Positions 24,700 through 38,607 are shown, numbered from the whole stretch's first letter. The stretch: 56,870 nucleotides of DNA, filler included, from Dirinaria sp. TL-2023a (GCA_051941275.1; 3 parts of 3 records of this genome joined end to end with filler, not necessarily neighbours in it); one strand, 5' to 3'. Program-made: numbers and translations. The notes: generated by a model not told the origin, from the letters alone.

Positions 24700-25297
24700 T
24701 ATGAGTGTACAGCAGTGGCAAAGAAGATGCACAAAGCTGCAAGATTGTCAGTCGCAACGGAGCCTTTTTGCCTGCTCATGTTTTAAATCGAAGCAAGCAA
24801 AAATCTCGGCCTGAGCAACTTGCTTTCCATGAGGTGCCTAAGATAGCTCAGGTAAGGTAAATCGTCAGCTGCCGCTTATGGTTAAGCCTGCCGAGAGACT
24901 GCCTAAGCTTATCGATAGGGTGTACTCGCGTTAAGTATGGAATAAGGTAAGGAAACTCAACCTGGGCGGGGGTTGAGGGGTAGCGGCACAAGATACAGCA
25001 GATCGACGTATTTCGTGAGAAGGCAGTATGTCAGCTGAAGTCAGGCCAAAGGAAAGATTCCCAGTACCTCAGTACCCGATTAATCAGCGAAGTCGAAATA
25101 TCTCGAGAATGCAATGAACGAATAAAACCGGTCCGGTGATTTTCCAGAAGGGAGCGTTCAAAAAATGGTCACCCTAACTGGTAATGTAAGATAAGTGAAT
25201 CACATAAAATAGTATCTACCTTGCATCATTGTGTTTAGAATCTGTGGGACATCTCGAGAAGGCGGGGCCCAAATTTCAACCTACCTTACTATGAAGC

Positions 25298-26101
25298 ATG
25301 CCTACAGCAGTCGTGACTGGCGCCAACTCGGGCATTGGTCATGCCTTTGCTAAGGTCCTTATCGGAGAGGTCAGGCTGACAATTCTGTGCACTGGTTAAG
25401 TTGTCCTAGACTTATGTCTCGCACAGGGCTATGAGGTGTACGCAATCGACGTGAGTATAGGAGAAAATATGCAGAAACTGGGATGCAAAACCTACCAATG
25501 TGATCTGGCTTCTACCAGTTCGATCCGTGCATTCGCGGATAGTTTCGGCAATCGGCAATTAGATGTCCTCCTCAATATAGCCGGGTAATGCACGGGCTTT
25601 ATTCTTAGGGCGGAGAAATCGTATGCTAACTATTGCAGTGTCATGGCTCCTCCAGAGCAAGACGGTCTTCCCACTGTGTCGCAGCCCACTCTAAGCGAGA
25701 CCTTCTCAACTAATACGTTCGGCCCTCTACTTCTCACGCAAGCCCTGCTGCACTGTCTGCTACAATCTCCATCGCCTCGCATCGGTCTCATGTCCTCGCG
25801 TGTAGGCAGTATCGCTGATAATAGCTCTGGTGGGAGCTATGCATATCGTGCCTCAAAAGCCGCGCTCAACAGCGTTGGTAAAAGCATGGCAGTTGACCTC
25901 CAAGAAAAAGGTGTTGTGGTTGTCCTCATGCATCCCGGCTTTGTGAAGACAGCACTTGACACAAGTGGTAAAACTCACAAGTTGAAGGAAGCCGTTGAAC
26001 CAGAAGAGGCAGCGGTCAAGTTGTGGGCAGTTTTCGCAAGCAAATCCATCGTAGACACGGGCAAATTCTGGCATCGAGAGGGCCAAGAGCTCCCATGGTA
26101 G
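25298..26101 (+). CDS. Short-chain dehydrogenase/reductase, CsgA/C-factor-like (3 exons)
   Basis: MPTAVVTGANSGIG (TGxxxGxG), LDVLLNIAG, SSRVGSI, YAYRASKAALN (YxxxK), HPGFVKT, C-terminal GQELPW. Confidence 0.92.
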
Positions 26102-26254
26102 AGGCAAATGCATTGATTATGCGCAATGCATCGAGCTGGCATTCTTGAATCAAGTCGCCCAGTCGTTCATGAGAAATTTCAAAAATAGAATTGGCAGGTG
26201 GTGCAAAGATGCGCACTTGATGGTGGGCGTGTATTTGTTAACTGTGGTAGTCTT

Positions 26255-27429
26255 TCAAGCGTTCTCTAATTGTCGCAAATTCAAATTGATTCGTTTGCTT
26301 GACATCCAACCTCGCCAGGCTTCATATTTGTGGTCAAGGCTTCCTTGTTGGGTACGGCTAGTAGCTTGATTTGCAGGCCACTCGCTCAACCAGGTTGGGC
26401 AGGTACCAGCGATGATCTTAGGTACACCGTGCCAGGCGTGTCGTGCAGGACCACACATATAGAGCGCGTCACCGGATCGAAGTCGCACAGCTATGTTCCT
26501 CATGTCTTCGCTATTTTTGCTTTCTATGCCTATGACGAATATAGCCTCGCAGCCCAAGCTGATGCTAACAAGCCCATTTCCCGAACCCTCGCTGACATCG
26601 CGATGGACACTTAATGTATCGCCAGGACTGTATACATTGACTATCGCGACGTCAGGTCTCGTTTTGGGGAAGAATGACCGTGTTAGTTCAGCAATGTCCT
26701 CCGGGAAGGGTGGAGCACCATCAGTGTGGTAGGTTTTCTCAGTCCAGTCGTACTGTCCCCCCAAATCAATCCAGCGAAGCTTTTTGCAAAGAAATTTAGT
26801 AACTGTACAAGCTTGATGCAGTGCAGGTTTGTGCGGTTGGAGCAACTGCGCCGAGTCCGGGGACAGATTGAAGAATGAAGACGTTCTTCTGCTAGTATTT
26901 CTTGACGTGTCTTGATCACCTGGGAGCGTACCTCCTTTGCTATCCTCGATGGATTGATACGGCACTTTCCAGTGCAGACCTACATTATTTTTGTGCCGTC
27001 TATCCGCAAGCATGTCGTGCAACAACCTAGATGTAAGGTCATGTTGCGTTTGGGGAGGCAAAAGAGATGGTATTATGAAAAGCCCTGATCGGTAAGGAAG
27101 TGTCAGAGCGAATGAGCCATGTAGTACGTACCCGGCACCTTTTGAATTTCATAGCAGGGCAGATCCTCGTTCCGAAATTGATATTGACCAACGCCATGAG
27201 AGCCAAAGTTAGCACATGCCGTCTCGAGTTCTTCAGAGCGGATATGATCGACTATTCTAAGCTCGCTGCTTTGTCCACCACTGCGCTCAGGGTCAAGATT
27301 TCGCAAGTCAAGGATTTCTTGGTCACTCTCTATGGTAGCACTGCTCGCTCGCTGATATTTTTTGTACAGAGCCTTTATTGAAAATGGGGGTCGTCTATGG
27401 GGATCTAGACTGTGCTTTGACTCATCCAT
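26255..27429 (-). CDS. alkB: AlkB-family Fe(II)/2OG dioxygenase (ALKBH1/Abh1-like), 2 exons
   Basis: KLRWIDLGGQYDW, AIVNVYSPGDTLSVHRD (HxD), VSISLG, LRSGD, HAWHGVP, RINLNLRQ. Confidence 0.92.
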
Positions 27430-27580
27430 ATTATTCTGCTCCACTGACTTGATTCGAATATATCCCCGAGAGTGGTTTCCTCCGAGAATAGTAGGTAGAG
27501 CACATGTACTGGGTAGTGGACTTACGGTAGAGTTAGAAGTGATGAAGGGTAGCAGGTAAGTGTGCCTGGACGGCAACAGT

Positions 27581-27650
27581 CACGTGATTGGACGCGTTAC
27601 CGAACCTTGGCTTCGATTGTTTACGAGACTCGGAACTCGACACTAAACAA
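27581..27650. promoter_or_regulatory. Cell-cycle motif cluster in the bidirectional AlkB/CDK1 promoter
   Basis: CACGTG (27581-27586), MCB ACGCGT (27592-27597), forkhead-type TGTTTAC (27618-27624) and TAAACAA (27644-27650), all within the ~395-bp divergent intergenic region. Confidence 0.5.
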
Positions 27651-27823
27651 CAGCATTCGTTCAATTGACTGTTAACTCGACACTCATTGTACACTTGCAT
27701 TCCGTCAGTCTTCTTGTAAATTGAGGATCCGACCTGCGAGCAATCTAGTTCTGCTATTCAAGATCCACTTCGGTGACCCCTGCAGCAAGCAAGGGTAACC
27801 GTGCATGCTCGATCACAGGCATC

Positions 27824-28988
27824 ATGGAGAATTATCAAAAGATTGAGAAAATCGGTGAAGGTAGGGCTTTTCATCAGGATACGGAACACGATATATTTAC
27901 GAGAACTGTTTGCAAAGAGGCGCTGCTGACAAGGTACTGCTAGGTACCTATGGAGTAGTCTATAAAGCCCGCGATCTGACGCATCCTAACCGAATCGTCG
28001 CTTTGAAGAAGATTCGCCTTGAAGCTGAGGATGAAGGCGTCCCAAGCACAGCGATCCGGGAAATCTCATTATTAAAGGAAATGAACGATCCGAACATTGT
28101 GCGCCTCCTTAATATCGTGCACGCCGACGGCCACAAGCTCTACCTTGTCTTCGAATTCCTCGACCTCGATCTCAAGAAATATATGGAAGCTTTGCCAGTC
28201 AGCGATGGTGGCAGGGGCAAGGCTTTCCCAGAGGGTACAGGGGCAGACCTTGGGAGGCTCGGACTCGGTGAGAGCATGGTCAAGAAGTTCATGAGCCAGC
28301 TGGTCGAGGGCGTGCGATACTGCCATAGTCACCGTGTTTTACACCGGGATCTGAAGCCTCAAAACCTACTGATTGATAGAGATGGCAATCTGAAGCTTGC
28401 GGACTTTGGCCTTGCTCGAGCGTTCGGAGTACCGCTGCGGACATACACACACGAGGTACAGACGAGTGGTATTCGACATCAATCTCCCAATTGCGTCTGA
28501 CATGTTGTAGGTTGTCACGCTGTGGTATCGAGCCCCCGAAATCCTGCTGGGCGGACGACAGTACTCAACCGGTGTTGATATGTGGTCTGTCGGCTGCATC
28601 TTCGCTGAAATGTGCACACGAAAACCTCTGTTCCCTGGAGACTCGGAGATTGACGAGATATTCAAGATATTCCGGTATGCCTGAAGCTGTTGCTCGCCCA
28701 TTTTTGGAAGCTGACATGGGGACCAGTGTACTCGGCACTCCTGATGAGCAAGCGTGGCCTGGGGTGACCTCTTTCCCAGACTTTAAGCCATCTTTTCCAA
28801 AATGGTCCCGAGATCCCTCGCGAGCACTGATCTCAGGCCTTGATGAAAATGGGCTGGATCTCCTTGATGCGATGCTAGTGTACGATCCTGCTGGACGTAT
28901 CTCGGCAAAGCAGGCTTGCATTCACCCATATTTCGAGGCCGGAAGTAGTGCATACTCCGGTCGAGGCAAGAGCAACGGCTACCATTGA
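27824..28988 (+). CDS. cdk1: Cyclin-dependent kinase 1 (Cdc2/Cdc28/NimX), 4 exons
   Basis: [85 protein letters not shown]. Confidence 0.98.
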
Positions 28989-30092
28989 GTAGCGAAGCTG
29001 TCCTCGCCTTTCCATGCCTGGAGAATCTACCCGCGGCGAACATCATTACTATTTGTTATGGCTACCAGGAGTTATAGACTGGATGGAGTATCACGGCATC
29101 AAAGTAGGAGGGCATCGATTCGTACATGGGATTGCATACATAAGGAGTAGGTGGTCAGGTTACGGAAAGACGTAGCTTAAGCCAGTTGGGCTAGATAGTC
29201 GGCAAAGGCGTGTCGAGGCACCATTCTACATACATACGCAAGATCACAGACGCTACGCTAGCATTTGGATTTGTTCGCTTTCGTGGGATGCAAAGAAGAA
29301 TCGTGCATTGATGTAAATCGTATTTTGGCTGTGAGTTTGCGCTGCAAGTAAGCAGTAATGTACATGTAAATTGGACATTTAGGCCCCTCGGGCCCTCCAA
29401 AGGTCCTAGTATTGTAAGAGCTGCAGCCCGCATCGTAGAGCAGTGGAGCGGTTTGACGGCCCGTCTGCGGGATAGTATGTAGTAGGCTAACAGCCGAGAC
29501 AGCGTGACACCGTTACTGTTACGAAATAATCTTTACGAAATAATAATCTGTTGGCGCAATGACAACACTGTCCATCTCAAATGCTCAAATGCAAGCCTTC
29601 GGAAGCTCCATCACGTCCGACTTCAAATAATGTATTTCTGGACATGTGGCGGATGGGAGGCCCGGACATTTTGGCGCCGAATAAATCATACTTAATGTCT
29701 GGTGTTCAGCGGATCGTCCGAATCTGCATGGTTCCTCAAAAGGAAATTAGGCCTCCAACGCTGCTGATCGCTATCTGCAGCCCTCCAAGGCTCCAACTGT
29801 TGCCTGTCCCCCCCCAAATTTGAAACCGCGGTATTTGGGTTCTAGACCTGCAACCCAAGCTTCAGCCGCACGCAATGAAGAAAATTGAGTTAGTAGTGAA
29901 GCTGCCATGGCGGGATTACGCCCGTGGCCCAGTCATAAAATGTCTGCGAAACCCCCCGAGAGCCCCCACAACAACAGACCAGCCGTGCCGCTGTCTTAAT
30001 TTGGAGTAAGTGGACAGCCTGACGACTGGAATAATCAGCGTTTCTTTCTTCACTGAAATTTGTTGGTCGATTCTGATCAAGTCCCAGTCAAC

Positions 30093-33000
30093 ATGGGAGG
30101 CTCAACAACATCCTGCACCTCGGCTTCACGTTCTACACCTGATCAGCCTCCCAAAAAGGTGAAAAAGCAACCGCCTCAGAAAAACATCGATGATCTGTGG
30201 GATGCTTTTACCACCAAGTATCCGGGCAAAGTCTTCTCTGTTCTGCCAAATAATGTCTATGCCGAGACAAAGGCTGCTAAAGCTCCCAAAGGCGTCGTCC
30301 TCGGCCAGCAGGCTGGGAAATCCTACGATGAAGCTCGTGCGGAGTGCAAGCACGCTGTGGAGAAGATTGCTATGGAATGTAGGAGAGTTAACATGAAGTA
30401 TCGAGACGCGCACTTCGATATCGAATTCGACCTGAAGAATGGGATTCGAGATTGTTTGGACGGACTGGCCCGAGGAGGTTACGATTTGTCTCCGAAATCC
30501 TGTAAAAGAGTAACAGTACGTTCCACCATCCCTTCAACCTGCTCCAGGTGACCTCTGATAAACTCTCATGACGAGTTTTAGCAAATTTTCGACAAGCCTA
30601 TCTTCCTCGAAGAAGGCGCAACAGCGAGCGACGTCCGCCAGGGCCGAAACGGAGATTGTTGGTTTATGTCTGCCTTGTGTGCACTAGGTGGAAAGAAAGA
30701 CCTTATCGATAAAGTCTGTGTTGCTCAAGATGAGAAAGTCGGCGTCTATGGTTTTGTTTTCCATCGCGGTACGTTTCCATTACTACATTACTATATCGAG
30801 ATGAGATTACCACGCTGTACCACTCTTCTATCACCTGCAGCTGGAAATGCGTTCGAAATCCTACCGTTGGTTAGGAATCAGGGGTTGCTTCTTCCCCAAG
30901 TCGTCAAGCCATGTCTCCTCATGATCTGGTGCTTTGGCTGTGCCTTGGCGCTAAATCACAGTCTTCGCATTGCCCGTCTACCATTGAGATTTCCTTCGTT
31001 GCCAATGCTGACTTTTGACAGACGGCGAATGGATACAGACGATAATCGATGATAAGCTTTACCTAACTGCCGCCGATTGGGACGAGAGTGTTGAAGAAAA
31101 ATGGACCTGGTTGCAGATTAATAGAACTGACGCCGAGGAGGAGTATCGCAAAGCCAATCAAGCTGGATCACGTGCCCTTTATTTTGCGCAATGTAGTAGT
31201 GAGAACGAGACATGGCTGCCTTTGCTGGAGAAAGCTTACGCCAAGGCTCATGGTGACTTTAACTCTATACAGGGAGGATTCACTGGGTAAGTCTGCTTGT
31301 ATCATGACTGTAAAGGCTTGCTGAATGACGCCATGTAGAGAAGCTATCGAAGACTTAACGGGCGGCGTAACAACGGAAATATTCACAAGTGATCTACTGG
31401 ATACCGACAAGTTCTGGAATGAGGAGCTTATGAGCGTCAACGACGAGTTCTTATTCGGTTGTTACACCGGCTTCTTCGACAGCTGGCAGGGGTTTGGTGC
31501 TTGGGCCGACCGAAAAGACATTGTTGCGCTGCACGCGTACTCAATCCTAGAAGCAAGAGAGGTTAAGGGCGAGAGACTGCTCCGGCTCAGAAACCCATGG
31601 GGCCGTGGCGAGTGGAAAGGCGCCTGGAGCGATGGCTCGGAGCAATGGACTCCTGAATGGATGCAGCTGCTGAACCATAGATTCGGCGATGATGGCATGT
31701 TCTGGATCTCTTACAAAGATTTGCTAAGAACATTCCAGTCATTCGATCGCACTAGGCTATTTGGCCCCGACTGGCAGGTCACCCAGCAATGGACTAGTGT
31801 CAACGTGCCCTGGACAGCGGACTACAATGACACCAAATTTAGCGTCACCTTGAGCAAATCAGGTCCGGTGGTTGTTGTATTATCGAAGCTTGATGATCGT
31901 TATTTTCAAGGCCTGGAAGGACAGTACCAATTTTTCCTGCACTTCCGGCTAGAAAAGGATGGGGAACAGGATTATATCGTGCGCAGTCACGGGAATTATA
32001 TGATGAACAGATCGGTCAGCGTTGATCTTGATCTCGAGGCCGGGACATATTCCGTCTTAATGAAAATAACTGCAAGACGTTATTCTCATGATTCGACAGT
32101 AGAAGAGATAGTTAGGGAAAATTGCCGAGGCCGTCAGGATAAGCTCATTCAGGTTGGTCTAGCATATGATTTGGCCCACGCCAAGGGTCAGATCAGAGAG
32201 ACCGAGTCCGAGAAGCAGCTACGCCTAGAACGTGAAGAGAAGAAGAAGGCAGCTGAACATCAGAAGCGTCGTAAGGAGCTACGAGCAACATGGTTGAAGA
32301 ATTGGGAGATAAACAAAAAGCGGGTTGCCAGGGAGAAGCGGCAAGCCAAGCGGAAAGAGGAGCATGACAGGAAAGTCGAGGCCCGCAAGGCGGCCACAGC
32401 TCAGGCAAACGACAATGAAGGTGCCGCTTCTGCTGGCCAGGTTGAGTCACAAGACGCTGAAAACACGAAGAAACAAGACGGTAATAGGACAGATGCGGTC
32501 AACCCAGACATGCCAGCGACAACTGATGGCGTGCCGGCAGAGCCAAATTCGCCAGAGACCAAGCTTGAGGAACAAAAGGTGGAGACTGAGACGAGTGTTG
32601 AGGAAGCTCCAGTACAGGCCGAAGTTGGAATAGAAAAGCAAGGTGACACGACTACTGTGGGCGAGCAGACAAGAAGTGAGCAGCTTCAAGGCACTGATGC
32701 GGAGTCCAAGCCGGACACGGCCACTGAAGAGAAAGCCGCCCAGTTCGAAGCTGCGCTGAAGAATGTGCCGTCTGTCGTTATCAACGGCAATACTCCAGTT
32801 CCAGGTACTGCTCCCGCAGCCGGTACCGCACGACCGCCCTCCACTGCCGCTGCCAACGACAATTGGGAATACGACTCCCTTGCCTCGTTCAACTCCTCCA
32901 TCGTTACCGAGCTCGACCTCCCTGATCCGCCACCACCTGATGAAGAAGCCGCACCACCGACAGCACCAGCCAATCCGGACGAAGAGGACGACAACGCGGA

Positions 33001-33265
33001 GTTCGAGAATGATCCTTGGAACGCGGTGTGTGTGGTGGGTCTAAGGGTGTACTCAAAGGACGAAGGGTTATCTATATCGGTTGTGAGGCCGAAGCGTGAA
33101 GATGAGGAAGATACGCCATTAGATCTGGACGACAACAGCAGAGGGGCAAGTGGTGAAACGATCAAAGATGAGGAGGGGACTGTGAAGACTGGAGATGCAG
33201 CTCAGGACAAGATCGAGGCGGAGATCAAGGAAGGGGCCAAGCCAGAAAGCGCTGATGCGAAGTAG
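30093..33265 (+). CDS. Calpain-family cysteine protease (4 exons)
   Basis: Catalytic triad motifs DVRQGRNGDCWFMSAL (Cys), HAYSI (His) and LRNPWG (Asn); WLPLLEKAYAKAHG; long acidic/coiled-coil C-terminus ending DPWNAVCVVGLRVYSKD. Confidence 0.93.
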
Positions 33266-33729
33266 TTCAAAAATAATCTCGCAGGATGTCGATTGCTATT
33301 TACTGGCCGCTACTATGGTGGGCAAAATCTTTACGCTGTCAAATTGCAGTATCTACACTATTCAATAATAGAAGATTGAACATGCATTTGTTACTGTCTC
33401 CGACAGCATCTTGGCGTGGTACGTAGCAGATCCGTAGATATTCCCGTACCACTCAAAGCAGTCTCAGAGTGGCGCAGTACCGGCTTTGCGACTTGCCGAC
33501 ACTACTTGAAACCTCGTAGAGATCACAATCTGATAGGCATTGATTCTCCAGATCACTCGCACCCTGTCTGTTGAAATCCAAAATTCCGCATGATCATAAC
33601 AGCATATCCATTCATGGCACATACACGCCTAGATCGGCTCACGGTTCTATACCTGACCAGCTTTCGCTATACCCAAAACATTGTTGTTCCCCAACCTTGC
33701 CACCAGTAGCACTTGGTGCCTTTCGTTTG

Positions 33730-34657
33730 TCAAGCGTACTTGACAGCCCCGTCGGCGGGCGATGCAGGCTCACTATCCACATTCGACGCACCTTTGCCGT
33801 CCAAACTATAGCCGGGAGGCTGCTGGGCCGCATGTGTTTCGGGGTTACGATGGTATTGTAGCTCGATGTTCCTTCTCTCGGCTTTCCGAAGCTTGGCTTG
33901 CTTTCGCCATTTATGGGTGGCAATGCATGCCATTACAAAGAGGGTGAAGTGAATAATCCTGTATCCGGCCCCAATCGTGATCAGCAATCGCTGTGACCTT
34001 GCTTGTGGCATGATTGTCAGCACTTACAAGATCAGGGCCAAGAAAACGTTCGCTGCGATCTCGATGCCGCCGATGGTATAGATGTCAGGCTGGCACGCTT
34101 TGGACCAGAAGTTGAACTCGTCGCAAGGCACCAAGTCCCCAACCTCAAGCATCACGGGCTGCCACCACCAAAACCAGCCATCGCCGACCGAAAAAACGAT
34201 ACTAGGCACGGCGAGCGCCCAGATGATGAGGTCGGCGCCGACGTCCCATCCAGGGTGATAGGCTCTCCCGCGCCGATAGCGTATGAGCAAAAAAAGGGTA
34301 AGAGGATTGTACAAGAGGGCAAGAAGCACCTAGAGCGATCCCGCGTGTCAGTATCGGAAGAGATCGTCCCGCCGGGCACAGTGGTAGCTGCGTGCTCTGA
34401 GATCTTGTACGCCGGGTACAGGGCATCAGGTGGAGACGTACCGGAGCCAGCGGCATGCCATCAGTCCAATCATTGCCATATCCATTGTCCCAGGTCTTCT
34501 CCCATTGAAGAGTCTTGCTTACGGCAACGGCGAACAGGATCAGGGCGAGGAAAGCGAAGAAGGTGGAGATGAGCCGCAGAGTCGCCTTGGAGATCCATCT
34601 AGGATCGCCCTCGTGCAGGCGGCGTTTACTCTCCAGCGAAATCGGTATCCGAGCCAT
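33730..34657 (-). CDS. Four-TM (MARVEL-like) membrane protein, 3 exons
   Basis: Exons encode TM segments LRLISTFFAFLALILFAVA, LLALLYNPLTLFLLI, HPGWDVGADLIIWALA and EIAANVFLALIL|IIHFTLFVMACI. GT-AG introns between them. Confidence 0.75.
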
Positions 34658-36025
34658 AGGGGAGGTGGAAGGATAAGGGTAAGTGATAAAAAAAACTACA
34701 ACTAATAATGATGCTGCTACACTTTATCGTGAGTCGACGTCGTCGGTAGCTGGAGGGACGTGTACTTTTAATTTAGAAGAGGCTGGATCAAGAGGTCCGA
34801 GGGGGCGATCCATGGGGGGAGGTATCGGGCTAGGGCGAGCATGGTGACGCAGAAGGTGACGCTTGAATTGGCAATCCACTATCTGGAGGGTGGGAAGGTG
34901 GAATTCATCCTCAACCACTCGTCAGAGATGCTCATACTACCTAACCCACCATCATGGAACTCCCAGTATCTGAAACCCCGAGCAGAGCCTCCATCATCAC
35001 GAAGGCTTCGCTGCGGGTTACTGATGAATACCTATCCGGGATTCAGATTCATGCGTTACATCTCGTCCACGTCTCCCCCACTCCTAGTTTAGTAGTCCCT
35101 CGGTCGGGGTCAACGATCTGCTGCCAAGACCAATGGATGCGCTGATACTTTACTCCGTACTGTTACTACTGTAGGTCTGTAGATCAGCCCGAATGACGGC
35201 GGCCACCAAACAAGCAAGCTAAGGTAGCTTTTGATTGACTGACGCGTTCTCCTACACTTCCTCTGTCCCGGATCGAGGGGATCAACTATGTACGTCCGGC
35301 TGTACTCGTACTCTTCATTTTCATGTACTCGTACATACCAAAAACCACATTTCCTCCCACATACCTAAGCAAGTTAAGCCAAGAGGAACAATTTAGAAGA
35401 TCGAGCCTTTCACACAGTGGATCTTCGCGTATCTTACGGGAGCATTCGAATGGTCGCGTTCGCAATATCCGCGCACGCTGCGATAGGATTGTCGTGGGTA
35501 CTACAGTACATTATTAGTCGACGCGTTTAGCGGGTAAGTACTTTATCTAGAACCGAACAATGGTGTGACAAACTTACATTATTATCTTCCATTCTCCCTC
35601 ATTCCTCATCCTATGGGGCACATCGACTTGCTACTACCGGTCTGAAAGAAACAACGATCCTATTTCCTGCGAGTCGGCGATAAATTAATGCTCAAGCACT
35701 GCTCGAGATGATGAATGACTGGACCACTGGCCACCGTGGCCCCCACAAATTCATCGGAGGGAACAAAAAAAGAAAAGAAAACCGAGAATTGGTGAAACGA
35801 AGTATGCAATACGCGCTCTTCCCCTGACCGCCAAGCGATGGCGCTTGATAGTTTTCATTTTATACCTCAACTAAGGAGTGGAATCGGAGGTAGCCGACAC
35901 GTCTATACTAGATTAGTTACCATCATTCCTTCAGCGCGGCGGGCTCATTGAAGTTTCGTTCCTTCTCATAAATACCTCTTTCATCATGTCGGGATTTCAG
36001 TTTTCTTTTCCCAGCGTCAAATGTT

Positions 36026-37516
36026 ATGATCCTTCCGCATTCCTCCTTGCGTTCAGCAAGTGTACTATGTCTTACTTTGCTGACGCTGGCTACCGCGTCC
36101 AATCTGAGTTTGGATAAACGTGCAACGGTGGGTTCAAGACTTTTTCTACCTAAATTTCCTTGGTGGCTAAGAACAAAGAGTAAAGCCCCAGATGGTGTGT
36201 GGGCCGCAATGCAGGATTCCATCGATGTTCGGCACCTCCCACGGGGCAATAGACGCTCGGCTTGTCAGGTTTTCGTCTTTGTACGATCTTTGCTCAGGCT
36301 ATACCGAGGGAATGGGCTACTATTGCAGCCCAGATAGAACTTTAGCCACTCAGCCTCCAGTTTGGCCGCTTTATGGGAATTTTCTTTACGTCAGACACTA
36401 TTGCAATATATGCTGTTGGTGCGAGGATCTCGAACCAGACGTTGAGGATTCCGTCACTAGTAATACTGCAGTATCTGACATGGAACGTGAGGGCTGCGAG
36501 AGCGAGAGCGATTCTTCTGGCGCCGTTGTTGCCAACGAGTGCGCTGATTCGGCTGCTAATCCTCTAAGAACCGACAATGTTGCCTGTAGCCCGGTTATGT
36601 ACGGACACCCACCAGATTCAGATTGTGAGCAGGCTATAGCGGCGATCACAGCTAATATTGAGGAGCCATTACAAGTCCGGGAATTTCTGGGAATCTCTGG
36701 CATGGCTCCTCAGTACAGTAATTACCAAAAGGTCCAGACACCACAGTCTTTTACAGTTCGTGAGTCTTCCGAACCCTCAATGGAGCATAGGTGATCCTGA
36801 TCCGAAAAGGTCAATGTACCGTGTCTGTCGTAGTGCTCGAAGGTAGGTATGACAACACAGACCTTGAAAGTTGGGACTACATTGCGAAGCGAGCATCGGC
36901 TATACGATCGACATGTGTGCAAGGCTCTCTTCACTGCGGCGGTTGGACAAAGGCAGGTTTGGTGAGCGGGTCTATCGGCGTCTTCGTACATGGACCCAAT
37001 TCAAAATTTGAAGCCTTCCTCGCAGCGCACTATGCCTGTATGCCAAACCGTGAAGGAATCATGGAATGCGAATCACAAAGCCCTCAGAGGTACAAGCGTC
37101 CTCCAGACACGGGTGCCAACAACGACCGTCCTTCGAAAGTCTGTGGCAGCCCTGGCAACGCTTGCAATCAACCTTTTCCGGACATGGCCGCTGTAGCCGT
37201 GGCCGCTCTCAATTTCATCACCAACTGTCGCGGACGCTGCCTCATCGATGGCAACGATACTGTGGAAATTGCAGCGACGCCGAACAACACTTCTGCGACT
37301 GCTGACTTAGCTGGTATGACCTGTCCCTGCAATTGCACATATGTGTCAGAAGCGTGCTGCCTCTCCACCACCGGCATTGTCTTCGAAGATCCTATCAAGA
37401 AGATTAATATTACGTTGCAAGCCCCAAATAGTAGCGTCTGCTGCGACCACCAGACCGGCCAATGGGCGAACACTACGACTCCAAGAGATCCAGCTCAATC
37501 GAATCCAGCTTGTTAA
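36026..37516 (+). CDS. Cys-rich multidomain secreted protein (3 exons, 3' end uncertain)
   Basis: Signal peptide plus Kex2-like LDKR. Introns start near 36128 and 36759. More than 20 Cys. Central domain C..YGHPPDSDC...QTP..GQCTV...D.ESW..I...A..I...C....GG. C-terminal CPCNCTYVSEACC. Confidence 0.7.
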
Positions 37517-37942
37517 TCCGTGGCACAGTCTCGGACTCAGGCACCCACCAGCGGCAGCGACAAAAATATCACTTGAAGCTAACCTCGAGAATAAAGTCCT
37601 TCTGCTACGGATTCAATGCATTTCACGTCCCAAATGAATTTAGCGATATAAAATGTACTCACGTGATCGAAGATGAATAGCTTAGAATATATTATAGATC
37701 CCATTTTCAGTTTATGAATTGAAACCAAAAGTTAATTGGTCCGGATCAGCAGCAGCTGAATAGCGTATCGCACGCATATTATTCAGGAGTCCCCCCCCAC
37801 CAAAACAAAAAAAAAAGAAAAAGAAAAAGAAAAAGAAAAAAGGAATTATTAAGCATCCCACCACCACCATACACCCCCACCCTCCGAAGAATGCCAATCA
37901 TATCTCAACTCAACCCATCTTTTCTTTCTTCAATACACCAAC

Positions 37943-38042
37943 NNNNNNNNNNNNNNNNNNNNNNNNNNNNNNNNNNNNNNNNNNNNTTAATTAATTAANN
38001 NNNNNNNNNNNNNNNNNNNNNNNNNNNNNNNNNNNNNNNNNN
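37943..38042. other. Artificial contig linker (N44-TTAATTAATTAA-N44)
   Basis: Same 100-nt cassette as 18931-19030. Confidence 0.98.
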
Positions 38043-38360
38043 GGGTCCAACGCCCACACATCCATATTATGCCTGGTTTCAGTTCATAGATTTCTTTTCT
38101 TCTTCATGCTTTGTGCATTTAGTTGATAGCACCTGCATAGATCATATCTTCTGCATCGGTCCTGACAGCAAAGACATTCGAGAATATTCAAAACATTACA
38201 GTTTTTACGATAGAATTGTCAGTTTTTGTTACGATCCTGGAACATAAGTAGTAAGATAGACATCAAGTCGCTGACTTAGTTTAGTTAGTCTTTTGGCCAT
38301 GTCGGGATTTTTACCATTGGGAAATCTATCTAATCAAGGTTGTATCTTTGACAGTTTTCA

Positions 38361-38570
38361 CATATGAGATAAAGAGTCGAGATATACATTAAACGATGCT
38401 CTAATTGTCAAAAGAATAAATATACGACTCATGCTAAATACGAAGAGTTACAATATCAAAAATCATCAACGATATCATGAAACGAAATCACGATGAATTT
38501 TATCATCAAATTATCGAGATCAAAGAATTCAACGACGAATGAAATTTATGATTTCATACTGATAGTTGTT
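38361..38570 (+). pseudogene. Mutated Ty3/gypsy integrase fragment
   Basis: Reads HMR*RVEIYIKRCSNCQKNKYTTHAKYEELQYQKSSTIS*NEITMNFIIKLSRSKNSTTNEIYDFILIVV. This matches the gypsy integrase pattern V..YI..C..CQ..K...H..YG.L......PW..I.MDFITKLP.S......YDSILVVV after C>T/G>A changes. Confidence 0.85.
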
Positions 38571-38607
38571 GTTATGATGCTAAGTTGCACAGTCCTTTAG
38601 TCAAGCT

